The position numbers and the translations under genes were made by a program. Shown here piece after piece: positions 37,606-47,900 of a stretch of 64,000 nucleotides of DNA. The DNA comes from a virus, in IMG/VR virus record IMGVR_UViG_3300032770_000018, positions 14,137-78,136 of that record; one strand, given 5' to 3'. The notes under the pieces were generated by a model. It was not told the origin of the DNA, made no database searches, and saw only the letters and a program-made list of their open reading frames with translations. How positions within the stretch are numbered: position 1 is the stretch's first letter; every line of letters starts with the position of its first letter.

Positions 37606-38492
37606 TGGCAGCGAGAGCCAACCCGCTGGACGGTTTCAGGACGTCGGTAACGACGAATGATTTCCGGGTGCCGGAGATCCCAAACCTCGGGCAACTCATC
37701 GAGCAGCACGGCTTTTCCGCCGGCATGAAAGCCCATGCCCAGGCGATGACGCAGTGGAGCAAGGAACTTGAGGCCACAGTCAACGCCCGCCTCCAACCAA
37801 AGGACCAGGCGGCGAGCCTCGGATCGGCTGCGGCTCCAGCGTCCACGACACCACCCACCGGCGGCACGACCGTCTCCTCCGGTTCAGGCTCAACTAGCCC
37901 GTCAGCACCATCCTTTCCCGGGTACAGCACTCTCCTCCATGCCTTCGCCGACGATAACTGGAACAACGCGTTGCGAGATTTCATCAGCACCATCCTACAT
38001 GGGCTGGGAATCCTCACCGAGGGAAGCTATGGAGGGCAGACACCGCCGTTCACCCCGGCAGCAATGTCCATAGCGGTGGACGATGACACAGGAACGGTCT
38101 GGATTTTTGAAAATGGGGGCTGGGTTAAAATGCAGACAGCCGCCAGCCAGGGACCGGTCTATTTTTACTGCGCGGACACTGGACTATGGCACCAGGTCTC
38201 GGTTGTCGGCGATCCATCCGACTGGGGGATTGACGGCGTTGGGGTCCAATTTCCCCCGCAGGGCGTTACGCACGCCTACACGTCATTTCAGTTCCCTTGC
38301 GCCGATACCAGGCTTTGGCATGAAGTCAGCCTTGTAGGAACTCCTCCCACGTGGGCGATTAACCCGACCGGGGCTGGCCCGTCCGACATTGACGTTGACT
38401 TCGGCTTTGCCCTACAACCGTTTTGGAATGCGGACCTTGAAGAATGGGTGTATCCGAAGCTCGTCGGCTCACCGCCGAGCTGGGGATTCTAA
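37605..38492 (+). CDS. Virion-associated hypothetical protein with C-terminal repeats
   Basis: Repeats CADTGLWHQVSVVGDP.DWGI / CADTRLWHEVSLVGTP.TWAI / LVGSPPSWGF. Confidence 0.65.
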   Translation: MAARANPLDGFRTSVTTNDFRVPEIPNLGQLIEQHGFSAGMKAHAQAMTQWSKELEATVNARLQPKDQAASLGSAAAPASTTPPTGGTTVSSGSGSTSPSAPSFPGYSTLLHAFADDNWNNALRDFISTILHGLGILTEGSYGGQTPPFTPAAMSIAVDDDTGTVWIFENGGWVKMQTAASQGPVYFYCADTGLWHQVSVVGDPSDWGIDGVGVQFPPQGVTHAYTSFQFPCADTRLWHEVSLVGTPPTWAINPTGAGPSDIDVDFGFALQPFWNADLEEWVYPKLVGSPPSWGF

Positions 38493-38495
38493 ACT

Positions 38496-39671
38496 ATGAA
38501 ACGAACACATTTGATAATCGTAATGTTGGCCGGGCTCGCGCTTTTACTGCTGGCCGCAACCCTGCCCAATCGCACGGTGCTGTGCGACTCGAACGGGAAC
38601 CTGCTCTGGCCCACGAACTTCTTTTCCGATGCCACCAACGGCGTGGACTTCGCAGCGGCGGTCAATGCCGTTTCGACTGTCGGAGGCGGAGGCATCAGCG
38701 CAGCCAACGCGACGAATGCCGCTCGCACTGTAGTTACGTGGAGCAATTCGCTCTATCTGCCTATTGGCGGCACAGCAGTCGCGGCCTCATCCGGTTGGCC
38801 TACAACTTGGGACTGGACGGCGGCGGTGACAGGGAAACCGGATTTCGCGACGAACACGTATGCGGGGGTGTCGAACGCGTTGGGGTTTGTGGCGGCAACG
38901 AACGGGGCGGCGATTGGGGCAGCGCAGCTTCCGGCGTTGAGCGGCGATATCACGACGAGCGCGGGGTCGGCGGCGACTTCCTTGAAGGCAACCGGGACGG
39001 CCGGCACCTATCGGAGCGTGACGTTCGATGCGCAGGGGCGCGAGACGGGCGGCACAAGTCCGACGACATTCGCGGGCTACGGCGTGAGCGATAGCGCCGC
39101 AAACTTGCTGGCGGCTTTGACGGACCGGAACTTTTTCGGGGCGACAAATGAGGTTGCCACCAACCTGAACAGCGCCGGGGTGACGGCCGGGTATGTGCTG
39201 ACGGCGACATCCTCAAATAACCCGGCGTGGGAACCGTCCCAGGGCGGAGGCACGACCGGGGCTCTGACTAACAACTCGGCCCAGGGCATGATCAATTTGC
39301 AGGGACCAGTCAACGTCACGAACGGAGTTTACCAGGGCACGACAACGCTGGCTTACACGGGCTACACCAACGTTCTGGTGGACTTCTCGACGGGCACGCG
39401 GTTCAAGTTGCTCATCTCGACCAACACTTGGTTGATTCCGACAAACATTGGCACCGTGCTGGACTCGGATTTTGTTCTCAAAACCTTTATGGCCAGCCCG
39501 GGTGTGTTCACGGTTGGGTTGGGGACCAACGCCCTGGGCCAGCGCTTCACGCTGCCCGGCGGCGTCGCGTTCACGGCGACCACCAATGTCGGCGCGGCAG
39601 ACCTTTACACCATGATGGCCGATTACACCGGGACCAACACCATGATCGTCTTAGCCCCCAACTTCAAATGA
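38496..39671 (+). CDS. Tail-fibre-like protein with N-terminal signal peptide
   Basis: MKRTHLIIVMLAGLALLLLAA; GTYRSVTFDAQGRETGGTSPTTFAGYGVSD and AGYVLTAT...PAW tail-fibre motifs. Confidence 0.8.
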   Translation: MKRTHLIIVMLAGLALLLLAATLPNRTVLCDSNGNLLWPTNFFSDATNGVDFAAAVNAVSTVGGGGISAANATNAARTVVTWSNSLYLPIGGTAVAASSGWPTTWDWTAAVTGKPDFATNTYAGVSNALGFVAATNGAAIGAAQLPALSGDITTSAGSAATSLKATGTAGTYRSVTFDAQGRETGGTSPTTFAGYGVSDSAANLLAALTDRNFFGATNEVATNLNSAGVTAGYVLTATSSNNPAWEPSQGGGTTGALTNNSAQGMINLQGPVNVTNGVYQGTTTLAYTGYTNVLVDFSTGTRFKLLISTNTWLIPTNIGTVLDSDFVLKTFMASPGVFTVGLGTNALGQRFTLPGGVAFTATTNVGAADLYTMMADYTGTNTMIVLAPNFK

Positions 39672-40456
39672 AAGCCTTGCTATTCTACATCTTTCTGGTT
39701 TGTGCATCGGCCTCGGCGCAGATGGCGCTCTGGAACAAGACACAGTTGGCCATAGTCCCGCAAGGGTTGGTCGGATACTGGACGCTGGACGTCGCGGATT
39801 GCCCAAGCGGAAAGGCGCTGGATGCCAGCGGCGCGGCGACTAGCGCGTTCCAAGTCGCGGCTCCAACCCAGACAAATGGAGTTGTTGGGCAGGGGATGTT
39901 CTTTAATGGCTCAACCCAATACATTGACATCACAACTTCATCGAATGCCTGGTACAATTTTAAGACCGGAACGGTGTGTTTGTGGTGCAAGGAGCGGGAT
40001 ACGGGAGGGGAAACGATCCCGTGGTCAGCGTCGTCAACCAGCGCATCCACCACAGAAATTTTCATTGAGGAAGATTGGCGCTCTGGAAACAAATTCTGGA
40101 ATATCGTTGGTCGTTACAATAGCAGCACAGAATGGCAGTACACGATTTACATTCCTGGGGGCTACGCCTCTAACAACTGGGTTCACATCGCCCTCGTCCA
40201 AAATGGGGTCGCCCCGACGTTCTTTACGAACGGGGTTCTGTCAACGATGACGGGAACAACCACCACGGCTCCGTCATACTGGCTAAGCAACATTTTGTAT
40301 TCGGCTAACGCCACGCCCGCGAACAAGATTTCCATCGGGCTGTTGCATCGGAGTACGCTGGTGTCTCAGTATGCTGGGGCGGTGGATGATGTGCGGGTTT
40401 ACAACTACCCGCTTTCGGCAGCGCAGATTGCGAACATTTACAAGGCGGGACATTGA
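39668..40456 (+). CDS. LamG/concanavalin-like domain protein with signal peptide
   Basis: MKALLFYIFLVCASASAQ; GLVGYWTLD, FNGSTQYI, WVHIALV, GAVDDVRVYNYPLSAAQI. Confidence 0.88.
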   Translation: MKALLFYIFLVCASASAQMALWNKTQLAIVPQGLVGYWTLDVADCPSGKALDASGAATSAFQVAAPTQTNGVVGQGMFFNGSTQYIDITTSSNAWYNFKTGTVCLWCKERDTGGETIPWSASSTSASTTEIFIEEDWRSGNKFWNIVGRYNSSTEWQYTIYIPGGYASNNWVHIALVQNGVAPTFFTNGVLSTMTGTTTTAPSYWLSNILYSANATPANKISIGLLHRSTLVSQYAGAVDDVRVYNYPLSAAQIANIYKAGH

Positions 40457-40914
40457 AGGGCTCAGTTGAATCAGAATTCCGACCAGCGGTAGCTTCCGAC
40501 CTACTGAAGATCGGGCGACTGGTCCGGGAGTTCTACCACAAGGTCGGAGGTGTTTACGGCATCGAGTACAGTCACGACGACGCAATGAACCTGATTTCTG
40601 GGCTGATTGCGCGCGGGATTTGCCTTGTTGGGCCTACGAGTTGCGCCGGTGCGCTGGTGATGCCCTTTCCGTACAACAACAAGGCGCAGGTGGCCTACGT
40701 TGCCTTCTGGTATTTTCAGGAGTCCCGCGAGATACGAATTTTCGAGGAGTTGCTGCGCCGGTGTGCGGCAGCCGGGGCCACACACGTCAGCGCGGCCAGC
40801 CACTTCCCGCACAACCGGATCGCCAGGTGGTATCTCAAGCTGGGGCTCCATCCGGTCGAGGGCCAGTTCTGCCGGGCGCTGAATAGTGCTTGCATCCAGC
40901 CGGGAGCGGCGTAA
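40453..40914 (+). CDS. GNAT-like protein
   Basis: FRPAVASDL start, RIARWYLKLG end; position before ejection genes. Confidence 0.55.
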   Translation: MKGSVESEFRPAVASDLLKIGRLVREFYHKVGGVYGIEYSHDDAMNLISGLIARGICLVGPTSCAGALVMPFPYNNKAQVAYVAFWYFQESREIRIFEELLRRCAAAGATHVSAASHFPHNRIARWYLKLGLHPVEGQFCRALNSACIQPGAA

Positions 40915-40923
40915 AAGGCAGAT

Positions 40924-41721
40924 ATGGGTTCGATGATCACAGCCTTTCAGGGAAACCCGACGTTTTCCACCCTGACGAACGTCAAGAACCCCGGGCTCAA
41001 CAAGCAAATCAACAGCGCCGCCGCCGGGGCAGGCACGCTCAACTCGAATGCCCAGGCCTCCCTCGCCGACTACATCACGAAGTACATGGGCGGTCTGCCA
41101 GCAGCCCAACAGCGGACTAACCAGGAAGTGGCGTCGGTGGACAGCCTCTACAACGGCGGCATGGCCCAGCAACTGGCCGCCCTCAGGGCAGCCCAGATGT
41201 CGGCAACCAACGCCGCGGCCAACGTCGCAACCCAGCAGGCGCTGCGCGGGCTGAATGCCGGCCGCCTCGGAGAACAGGGCGCAGGCAGCTCCTACGACGC
41301 CCGTATGGCCATCGGTGCGCTTCAGCCAATCGCGGTGCAGGCGGCGCTCACCAATGCCGGGCAGGCCAGGACAGACCTCGGGACGCTGACGGGCCTTCAG
41401 CTTGGAAACCTTGGGGTGGCCCAGGGCTTGGCCAACCAGCAGGCGGCTTACGGTATGCAACCCGTCTCGGCCGCCGAGGCGGTCTATGGGCAGAACCTGA
41501 ACAATTTGAACGGGCTGGCCGGCCTCTACAACGCCAACGACATCTACGGCGTGCAGCAGAACAAAACGACGCTCGATGAAATCGGCAATTTCTTCGGCGG
41601 CATGGGCAGTGCTGGATCGTCCTTCATGTCCACGATGGGCAACAACCCCGGGTTGGCCAGCAGTCTTGGAATGGGTGGCATGTTTGGCCCCGGCGGTAGC
41701 AGTGGAGGAATGAGCCTGTGA
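40924..41721 (+). CDS. Internal virion/DNA ejection protein (putative)
   Basis: A/G/Q/N-rich with GM-rich C-terminus. Confidence 0.6.
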   Translation: MGSMITAFQGNPTFSTLTNVKNPGLNKQINSAAAGAGTLNSNAQASLADYITKYMGGLPAAQQRTNQEVASVDSLYNGGMAQQLAALRAAQMSATNAAANVATQQALRGLNAGRLGEQGAGSSYDARMAIGALQPIAVQAALTNAGQARTDLGTLTGLQLGNLGVAQGLANQQAAYGMQPVSAAEAVYGQNLNNLNGLAGLYNANDIYGVQQNKTTLDEIGNFFGGMGSAGSSFMSTMGNNPGLASSLGMGGMFGPGGSSGGMSL

Positions 41722-41963
41722 GCGCTAGGGTGTGTGGAAGCTGCGGGACACGAATGCCAGCGCGGCCAGTGATCGGACGATGGGCGCAGGTCCTGCACAA
41801 AGCTCGACGCCTCATCGTGGTAGGAACAGTGATCGACGCCTACCCAGGAACGCAGCGGGCCAAGAGAATCCGCATCCAGCGCGGGCCGCTTCAGGGAGAG
41901 GTTGTGCAGCCGCACGAGTACGAGTTCAAGGGCTTCATCGAGGACGAAGAAGTTGACCCCTGA
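41718..41963 (+). CDS. Hypothetical protein
   Basis: 81-aa ORF, GTGA-coupled. Confidence 0.5.
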   Translation: MSARVCGSCGTRMPARPVIGRWAQVLHKARRLIVVGTVIDAYPGTQRAKRIRIQRGPLQGEVVQPHEYEFKGFIEDEEVDP

Positions 41964-42003
41964 CGCCTCCGGGCGTAGGTTTTGGCACAGTGAAAAGTGA
42001 ACT

Positions 42004-42798
42004 ATGAAAGTGTTTATCCTCGTGACCTGCCGCAAGCCCGAGTTGCTTCCGGCTTCGACCCTCGTCTTCAAGAGCCTCCGAACAGGTTTCCCAACCGCCG
42101 AGGTCACAGCCTTTGTTAACTGTGCACCGGACCACGAGTGTGGAAGGGTGATCACTGAGGCGATGCTGGCTGCTGGGGTCAATGCCGCTGGATGGGAACC
42201 AAGGACCGATAACGACCCTAAAAAACCAACAACGATTCATCACCGCTTCATTTACGAACTCCTGCTCAAGGAATCTGATCCGTTTTGGATCTGCGACACT
42301 GATGTAATCTTTTGGGGCCAGGTCGAAGGCAAAGGATCCTCGGCGCCGATGCTCGGACGCTACATCCCGCAATTTCGGGATAAATTTACCAACTGCGTCA
42401 CTCGCCCACGGCTTCACACGTCGCTCCTCTGGTTCAACACGCCGGTCCTCAAGAGGGCGCTCTCGCAATACTGGCAGCAGTTCCCAGAGACGCCGTTCAA
42501 CCCTCGGCCAAACCTCATCTACCCGGCCTTCTACCCGTTCCGCGTTGGAGCGAAGGTCACGAACTACTTTCACGACACCTGCTCGCTGCTTTACCAGGCA
42601 GTCGGAGGCCAGAGCTTTAGCACGGCCGAACTTGACCTCTACGACCATCTCAACTTCGCGACGATCAGCGACATCGTGGCGCCGTTCTACCCGGAGTTGC
42701 GCTTTCGGGAATCCCATTTTGCGGTCTTCGAGAACACAAAGCTGGCCAAGGGAGCCTGGCGCGATCAGGACAGGTTCTATGCAGCCAACGCCGTTTGA
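42004..42798 (+). CDS. GT-A-like glycosyltransferase
   Basis: FWICDTDVIFW DxD motif, RLHTSLLW, DT.S.LY, YDHL. Confidence 0.6.
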   Translation: MKVFILVTCRKPELLPASTLVFKSLRTGFPTAEVTAFVNCAPDHECGRVITEAMLAAGVNAAGWEPRTDNDPKKPTTIHHRFIYELLLKESDPFWICDTDVIFWGQVEGKGSSAPMLGRYIPQFRDKFTNCVTRPRLHTSLLWFNTPVLKRALSQYWQQFPETPFNPRPNLIYPAFYPFRVGAKVTNYFHDTCSLLYQAVGGQSFSTAELDLYDHLNFATISDIVAPFYPELRFRESHFAVFENTKLAKGAWRDQDRFYAANAV

Positions 42799-43306
42799 CT
42801 GCGCCCAGGTGGACGCCGGCCTGCGCGACTTCTTCTCAAAGGTCTCGAACGGCGACCGACTGGCCGCCGACTTCCTCTGCCGGTTCATGGCCTATTGCCA
42901 CGGCGTCGACGACGTAATCGACGAGTCCAAATGGGACGCCGAGACGTTGCTGGCGCTTCTGGTTCAAGCCTCCGAGGTCTATTCGCACGAGTTCTACCGG
43001 ATGCACGTCGGGCGGCTCCAGACGCCGATTCTCACGGCTACCAGCGTTTACGCCGACTCGATCAAATGGGAGAAAGACCCGGCGCTTTGGAAGCGCGAAT
43101 GGGCGGAGGTTACGCGGCACGCCGGCAATGAGGTTATCCTGGCGGTTGCCCTTATCTGCGGCGGATTCGCCCACCTGCGCGACGTGAGTGCTCCGCTTTA
43201 CGCCACCTGTTTCGTTTACCACAAAGACCGCTATGGCACCCCAACCGAACCCCGAACGGAGCGAACAGCAACGCCTCTGCCTGAGCCTTTACCAAACGGC
43301 AGCTAA
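42779..43306 (+). CDS. Helical DDxxD protein, copy 1
   Basis: YCHGVDDVIDE...FY...YADSIKWE...RHAGNE. Confidence 0.75.
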   Translation: MQPTPFDCAQVDAGLRDFFSKVSNGDRLAADFLCRFMAYCHGVDDVIDESKWDAETLLALLVQASEVYSHEFYRMHVGRLQTPILTATSVYADSIKWEKDPALWKREWAEVTRHAGNEVILAVALICGGFAHLRDVSAPLYATCFVYHKDRYGTPTEPRTERTATPLPEPLPNGS

Positions 43307-43742
43307 CGGCATCCCGGAGGCCGAGCAGTTCCTGGGCGACTGGCACGATTACTGTCATGGGATTGACGACTTCATTGACGAGGGTAAGCGCGACCCGGAG
43401 GCCCTGCTGGCAATCCTGGCCCACGCCAACATCCTCTACTCCCGACCGTTCTACGTGGTCAACGCCCACCGCCTGCAACTGGTGGTCGCGCTCATCACCA
43501 GCGGCTACGCCGACAGTATTCAGTGGGAAGGCTCGCCGGTTGACTGGCGCGCGCGATGGGCGGACGTGCTGCGCTACGCCGGCAACGAGATGGTTCTGGC
43601 GGTCGCGCAGATAACCGGGGGCTTCTCGCTTGTCCGCCAACTGAGCCCGCGGCTTCGAGAATTCTCCTGGGAGTGCCACCACGACGATAGGCCGATACCA
43701 GTGCCAACAGCCCAAGGCCGGGAGCTTCCGCTCACAGAATGA
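43233..43742 (+). CDS. Helical DDxxD protein, copy 2
   Basis: YCHGIDDFIDE...FY...YADSIQWE...RYAGNE; paralogue of the upstream gene. Confidence 0.75.
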   Translation: MAPQPNPERSEQQRLCLSLYQTAANGIPEAEQFLGDWHDYCHGIDDFIDEGKRDPEALLAILAHANILYSRPFYVVNAHRLQLVVALITSGYADSIQWEGSPVDWRARWADVLRYAGNEMVLAVAQITGGFSLVRQLSPRLREFSWECHHDDRPIPVPTAQGRELPLTE

Positions 43743-43780
43743 CGTTGACGACGGCGGCTAATGGGGGGTAAAGCAGTCCC

Positions 43781-44878
43781 ATGGCGTACGGCAGCGATTT
43801 TTCAGCCGCTCAGTCGGCGGCACTTCAGGAAAGGGGATTGGCCCAGTCCCAGGCGCAGTTCGACGAGAGCGAGATGCAGAGGGCGCTCCAGTTTGCAACC
43901 CAGGCGGGTGCGGCTCAGCGCCAGTTCCAATACCTGAGGGATGTGGTAAACCCCACAGAGTGGGCGATGCGTGGCCGGCAGTTGGACATTGAGCAGGCCC
44001 GCGCGGACAGGGCCCTGAGCATCGAGCAGCGCCGGGCCGACACCGCCCAAGGCTATCTCGACATCTACAAGAAGCAGATGGACACCGCTGCCGCCCAGGG
44101 CACGCCCGCGCAGATTAAAGACCACGAGTTTGCTTTTGTGGCTGCCGCTCAGGACGCCGAGCGCGGAATGTTCGACTCCCCACAGCACGTCTCCCAGCTT
44201 TACCCCGCACTCTCGCCAGCCGAGGCCAACCTGATGTATCAGCGCAGCGCGGCGGTGCGGCCAAGCGTCGAGGCGCAATACCGGACGGCGGAGAACGCGC
44301 GGTCGCTCCTCAACGCCTACGATGCGACGAACATGCAGTTGCTGCCGAATTACGTGGACCCGACCGGGCGCCCAACCATCGCACCCGTCCACTGGTTTGA
44401 CAGCCAACAGACAGTGGCCCAGAAGCAGCAGCACAATGCGGCGTTGCTGATGCGAAATCGCCTGGACCAGACAGGCATCATTCCGAATCTGCGAAAGAGT
44501 CCGCTACTGAGCTACGACGCGGAGAGCGGGCAGTGGCAGAACAACGTTCCTCAGCCGCGCTGGTTTCCGACGGGCGGTACTCCAACACCCACCGGGCCAT
44601 CCACTGAGGCACCGATGGGCTGGCAGCCCACGACTGGCGGTGGCTGGTTAAAGCCAGTCCTGCCGGCCGGACCGCCCGCGCCTTCTCCGGGCCGTAACAT
44701 CACCTATATCTCTCCGCCGCAGGTTCCGGGGTCGTCCGGCATGGGCAATCCGATGACCCAGCGGAAGTACACGCCTTTTGTCTATAACCGCGTGAACGAG
44801 CTGGTGAATCGTATGGGAATGGACCCGTCGGCAGCACTCAGGCAGGCTCAGGCCGAGGACCAGGCACTCTCTCAGTAA
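43781..44878 (+). CDS. Internal virion/ejection protein (putative)
   Basis: Q/A-rich helical protein preceding the giant gene. Confidence 0.6.
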   Translation: MAYGSDFSAAQSAALQERGLAQSQAQFDESEMQRALQFATQAGAAQRQFQYLRDVVNPTEWAMRGRQLDIEQARADRALSIEQRRADTAQGYLDIYKKQMDTAAAQGTPAQIKDHEFAFVAAAQDAERGMFDSPQHVSQLYPALSPAEANLMYQRSAAVRPSVEAQYRTAENARSLLNAYDATNMQLLPNYVDPTGRPTIAPVHWFDSQQTVAQKQQHNAALLMRNRLDQTGIIPNLRKSPLLSYDAESGQWQNNVPQPRWFPTGGTPTPTGPSTEAPMGWQPTTGGGWLKPVLPAGPPAPSPGRNITYISPPQVPGSSGMGNPMTQRKYTPFVYNRVNELVNRMGMDPSAALRQAQAEDQALSQ

Positions 44879-44924
44879 ATCTAATTTCCGTTGATATGCC
44901 CGGGTTCCGTGCTAAAACGGCGCC

Positions 44925-47900
44925 ATGGCTTTTCTGACACCAGAGGAGATCGACGCGATAGGCGAAACGCCATCCGGCGCGGCACCACGTTCAATGGAGC
45001 GCGTGCTGACGCCCGACCAGATTGACCAAATCGGCCAGGGATCAGCACTCAGAAGCCGTCAAGAGATCGACACCCGCTCGTTTCAGACGCCCAGCATCGC
45101 GTCGCACCAAGCCACTTTCTTTCCCCGACCTGGCCCGACTGCGCCCTCGGGAGTGCCTGTAGAGCCAATTACGGCGCCCGACATTGCTGGCGGCGCGGCG
45201 GAGGCGGTGCAGGAATACCCCAAGAACGTCGGTAAGATCCTGTCCCTCGGGTACGCGGGCGCGGCTGACGTTACCTCGCAGGCCATGGGGCTGCCAAAGG
45301 CCCAGGCGGATGCGACCGGCCAGACCGAGCCTGATAGCTGGGCTAACATCAAGGCTGTTCTCAACGAGGAAGACCTGCCGATGGACCAGATAATCAGGCA
45401 GACCCCAGGGCTGCCCGGCATGTTGGCCAAGGCTGGCAAAATGTGGTTGGACCTCATCCCGAGAATCTATCTGATGCGCGGATTTGGCGCGGCTGGCATG
45501 GGGCCGGCAACGGCTGGGGCGCTCGCATTCGGCACGAAACCAACCGGCAGCGGCATTGACCCGGTTGGCGCGGCGCTGGGCGCGCTGATGCCCGGAGTCC
45601 AGGAAGTTGGCCGAACTCTTGGGGGTAGCCTGGCCGATTCGCTGATGCGGCGCGGGCTCATCAACGCGGGCGACAAGTTCACACGCAACCTCGTTGAGGA
45701 AGTTGGGGGTGTTGGCGCAATCCAAACTCTTAACGAAGCGCTCAATTCGCCGCAGCTTTACCAGCTTTACCAGCAGGACCCCCATCAGTTCTGGAGCCAG
45801 ATCGGGGCGGACACTCTTGGAAGCGCGGCGTTCATGCTGGTTGGCGCCCGGGATTGGGCGACGGGGCCCGGACCGTGGAGCAGCGCCTTTATGCGGGCGG
45901 TCGAGAAGACCTACACGCCGGAAGACCTCAAGGACATTTACCTGAGAGTCAACCGCGGGGAAGCCACCCAGGAAGAGCAGCAGATTGTCCGGTTCATCAA
46001 CACGAAGGTCAGCAGCCCGGGCGAGGCAATTCGCGGGGGTGCGACCATCCGGACGGAGACCCCGATCTTCACCAGCCCATTCTGGCAAAAGTTTTTCGGC
46101 CTGGCAGCCAAGGACCCTGAGATCCGGCTGACAGGGGCGCCGGGACAGCAACCGCCGGCCGCGCCGGCAGCAACAGCGGCACCGCAGCCAAGGCCCGGCG
46201 GACGGCCGCTCTTGCTGGGAACAGGAGAGGCAGATGCCACTACTCAAGAGCAGCAGCCAGGAAGCGTTCCACCGCAACGTGGCGGAACTATACCGCAGCA
46301 ACCAGGACAAGCCCCCGGAGGAACGGCGGTCGCGCCAGCAGATACTGGCAATCGCCTACCGGGTGCAGCGGGGAGCCCACCGGGAGGAATCCCAGCGGGC
46401 ACGCCGCCGACCACGCCAACGCCCGTCCCGCCTGCGCCAAAGCCAGCGGCGGGGGGCAAGCCTCCGGCGGTAGCGCCCGACTGGAAAACCATCAAGCCCG
46501 ACGACATTTCGGCAATGCCGGCGGAGACCTTTGGGCCGTGGTACGCGTCGCTCGTGGTAAACCGGAAGCCTTTGCAGGATCGGCTGGCCAAAGAGGAAAC
46601 GGCGGACACTCTCGCCCAGCATCTCGCGGCGGCCACCACTGGTGCGGGGCTAGTCCGGCGCATGGCCGAGGCGGAAACCGATCCCGCCAAGCGGCAGGAC
46701 TTGATGAACCGCTACCTCGCGGCCACGCAGAAGGTTCAACTGTTCCACGAGGCCCTTGGAATAAAAAATGGAATAATTGCCAAGGGACCTGCCAAGCCAT
46801 CTCTGCCAATAAACCCAGCGACCATTGGGCTACCCCAGTGGCGGCAACAGGACCACAACGTCACTCGCAGCGGCAAGGACAGCTACTACGTTCCAACCAC
46901 CGGAGACCGCACACTATGGCCGGGCGTCACCAGCAAGCGCCGGGTGGTGGACATGCAGTATTTCCTGGAGAAGCTGAAGCGCGGCGAGATCGGCCAGGAA
47001 GAATACAACCGACAGATTCAAGGCATCCGGGACAACCCGATGTATGGAAAGCCCGAGCCTGTGCCGCCACCCGCGGCTCCGAAATGGAAGGACATCGGAC
47101 CCAACAGCAACGGCGACACCGTCTTTGAGGATGACAACGGTGTCCGATCGATTCTGCGAGGCAGCGTCAGGGTTACCGAACCGGTGCGGATGATACCAAC
47201 CCGAGAAGGCGTCCAGACCGCGACCGGAGACCGGACGGGCACGGAGTTTGAGACCGCAACGGAGGCCAGGAAGCGCACGTCCCCCGAAGCCGGAAACGCT
47301 CTCCGCGCCCTCGTCAACAGCGCGGAGAACAACCAGCAAAAGGCTGCGGAGGTTAAGCGGCTGGCCGATAAAGAGGGCGTCACGGTCAAGCAGATGCAGG
47401 AGCGCATCGAGGCCGAGGTGGTGAAGATGGCCAACGAGACTGCGCGACGGCCAGACCTCTCGCCAAAAGAAAAGTTCCAGGAACTGATCGCCCTCTACAA
47501 CCGCCAGCCGGTTTTCTCCGCGCGGACCAGCACCAGCGTCGAGAATCAAGCCTACTCGACGCCCGCGCCAATCGCTTTCGCTACCGGCTACATGGCGGAC
47601 GTCGGACCATCCTCCAGCCAGTACGACGGCACGGGCGGCAATGGGATGCTCCTCATCGGCGGGGACATCGCGCATTCATGGGCCAATGAACTCGACCCCG
47701 CGCGGCAGGCGGCGCTCAAGGCGCTGGGTGTCGGAATCGTCACCGGCAACGACGCGACGACCTTCCGTCCGAACGTGAAATACGATGTAGTGCGGCTCAA
47801 TCCGCCCTTCGGCTCGATCGGCAACACGCTCTACGACGGGTTTGGCATCAGCAAGCTCGAACACCTGATCGCCCTCAAATCCCTCGAGGCGATGAAGAAC

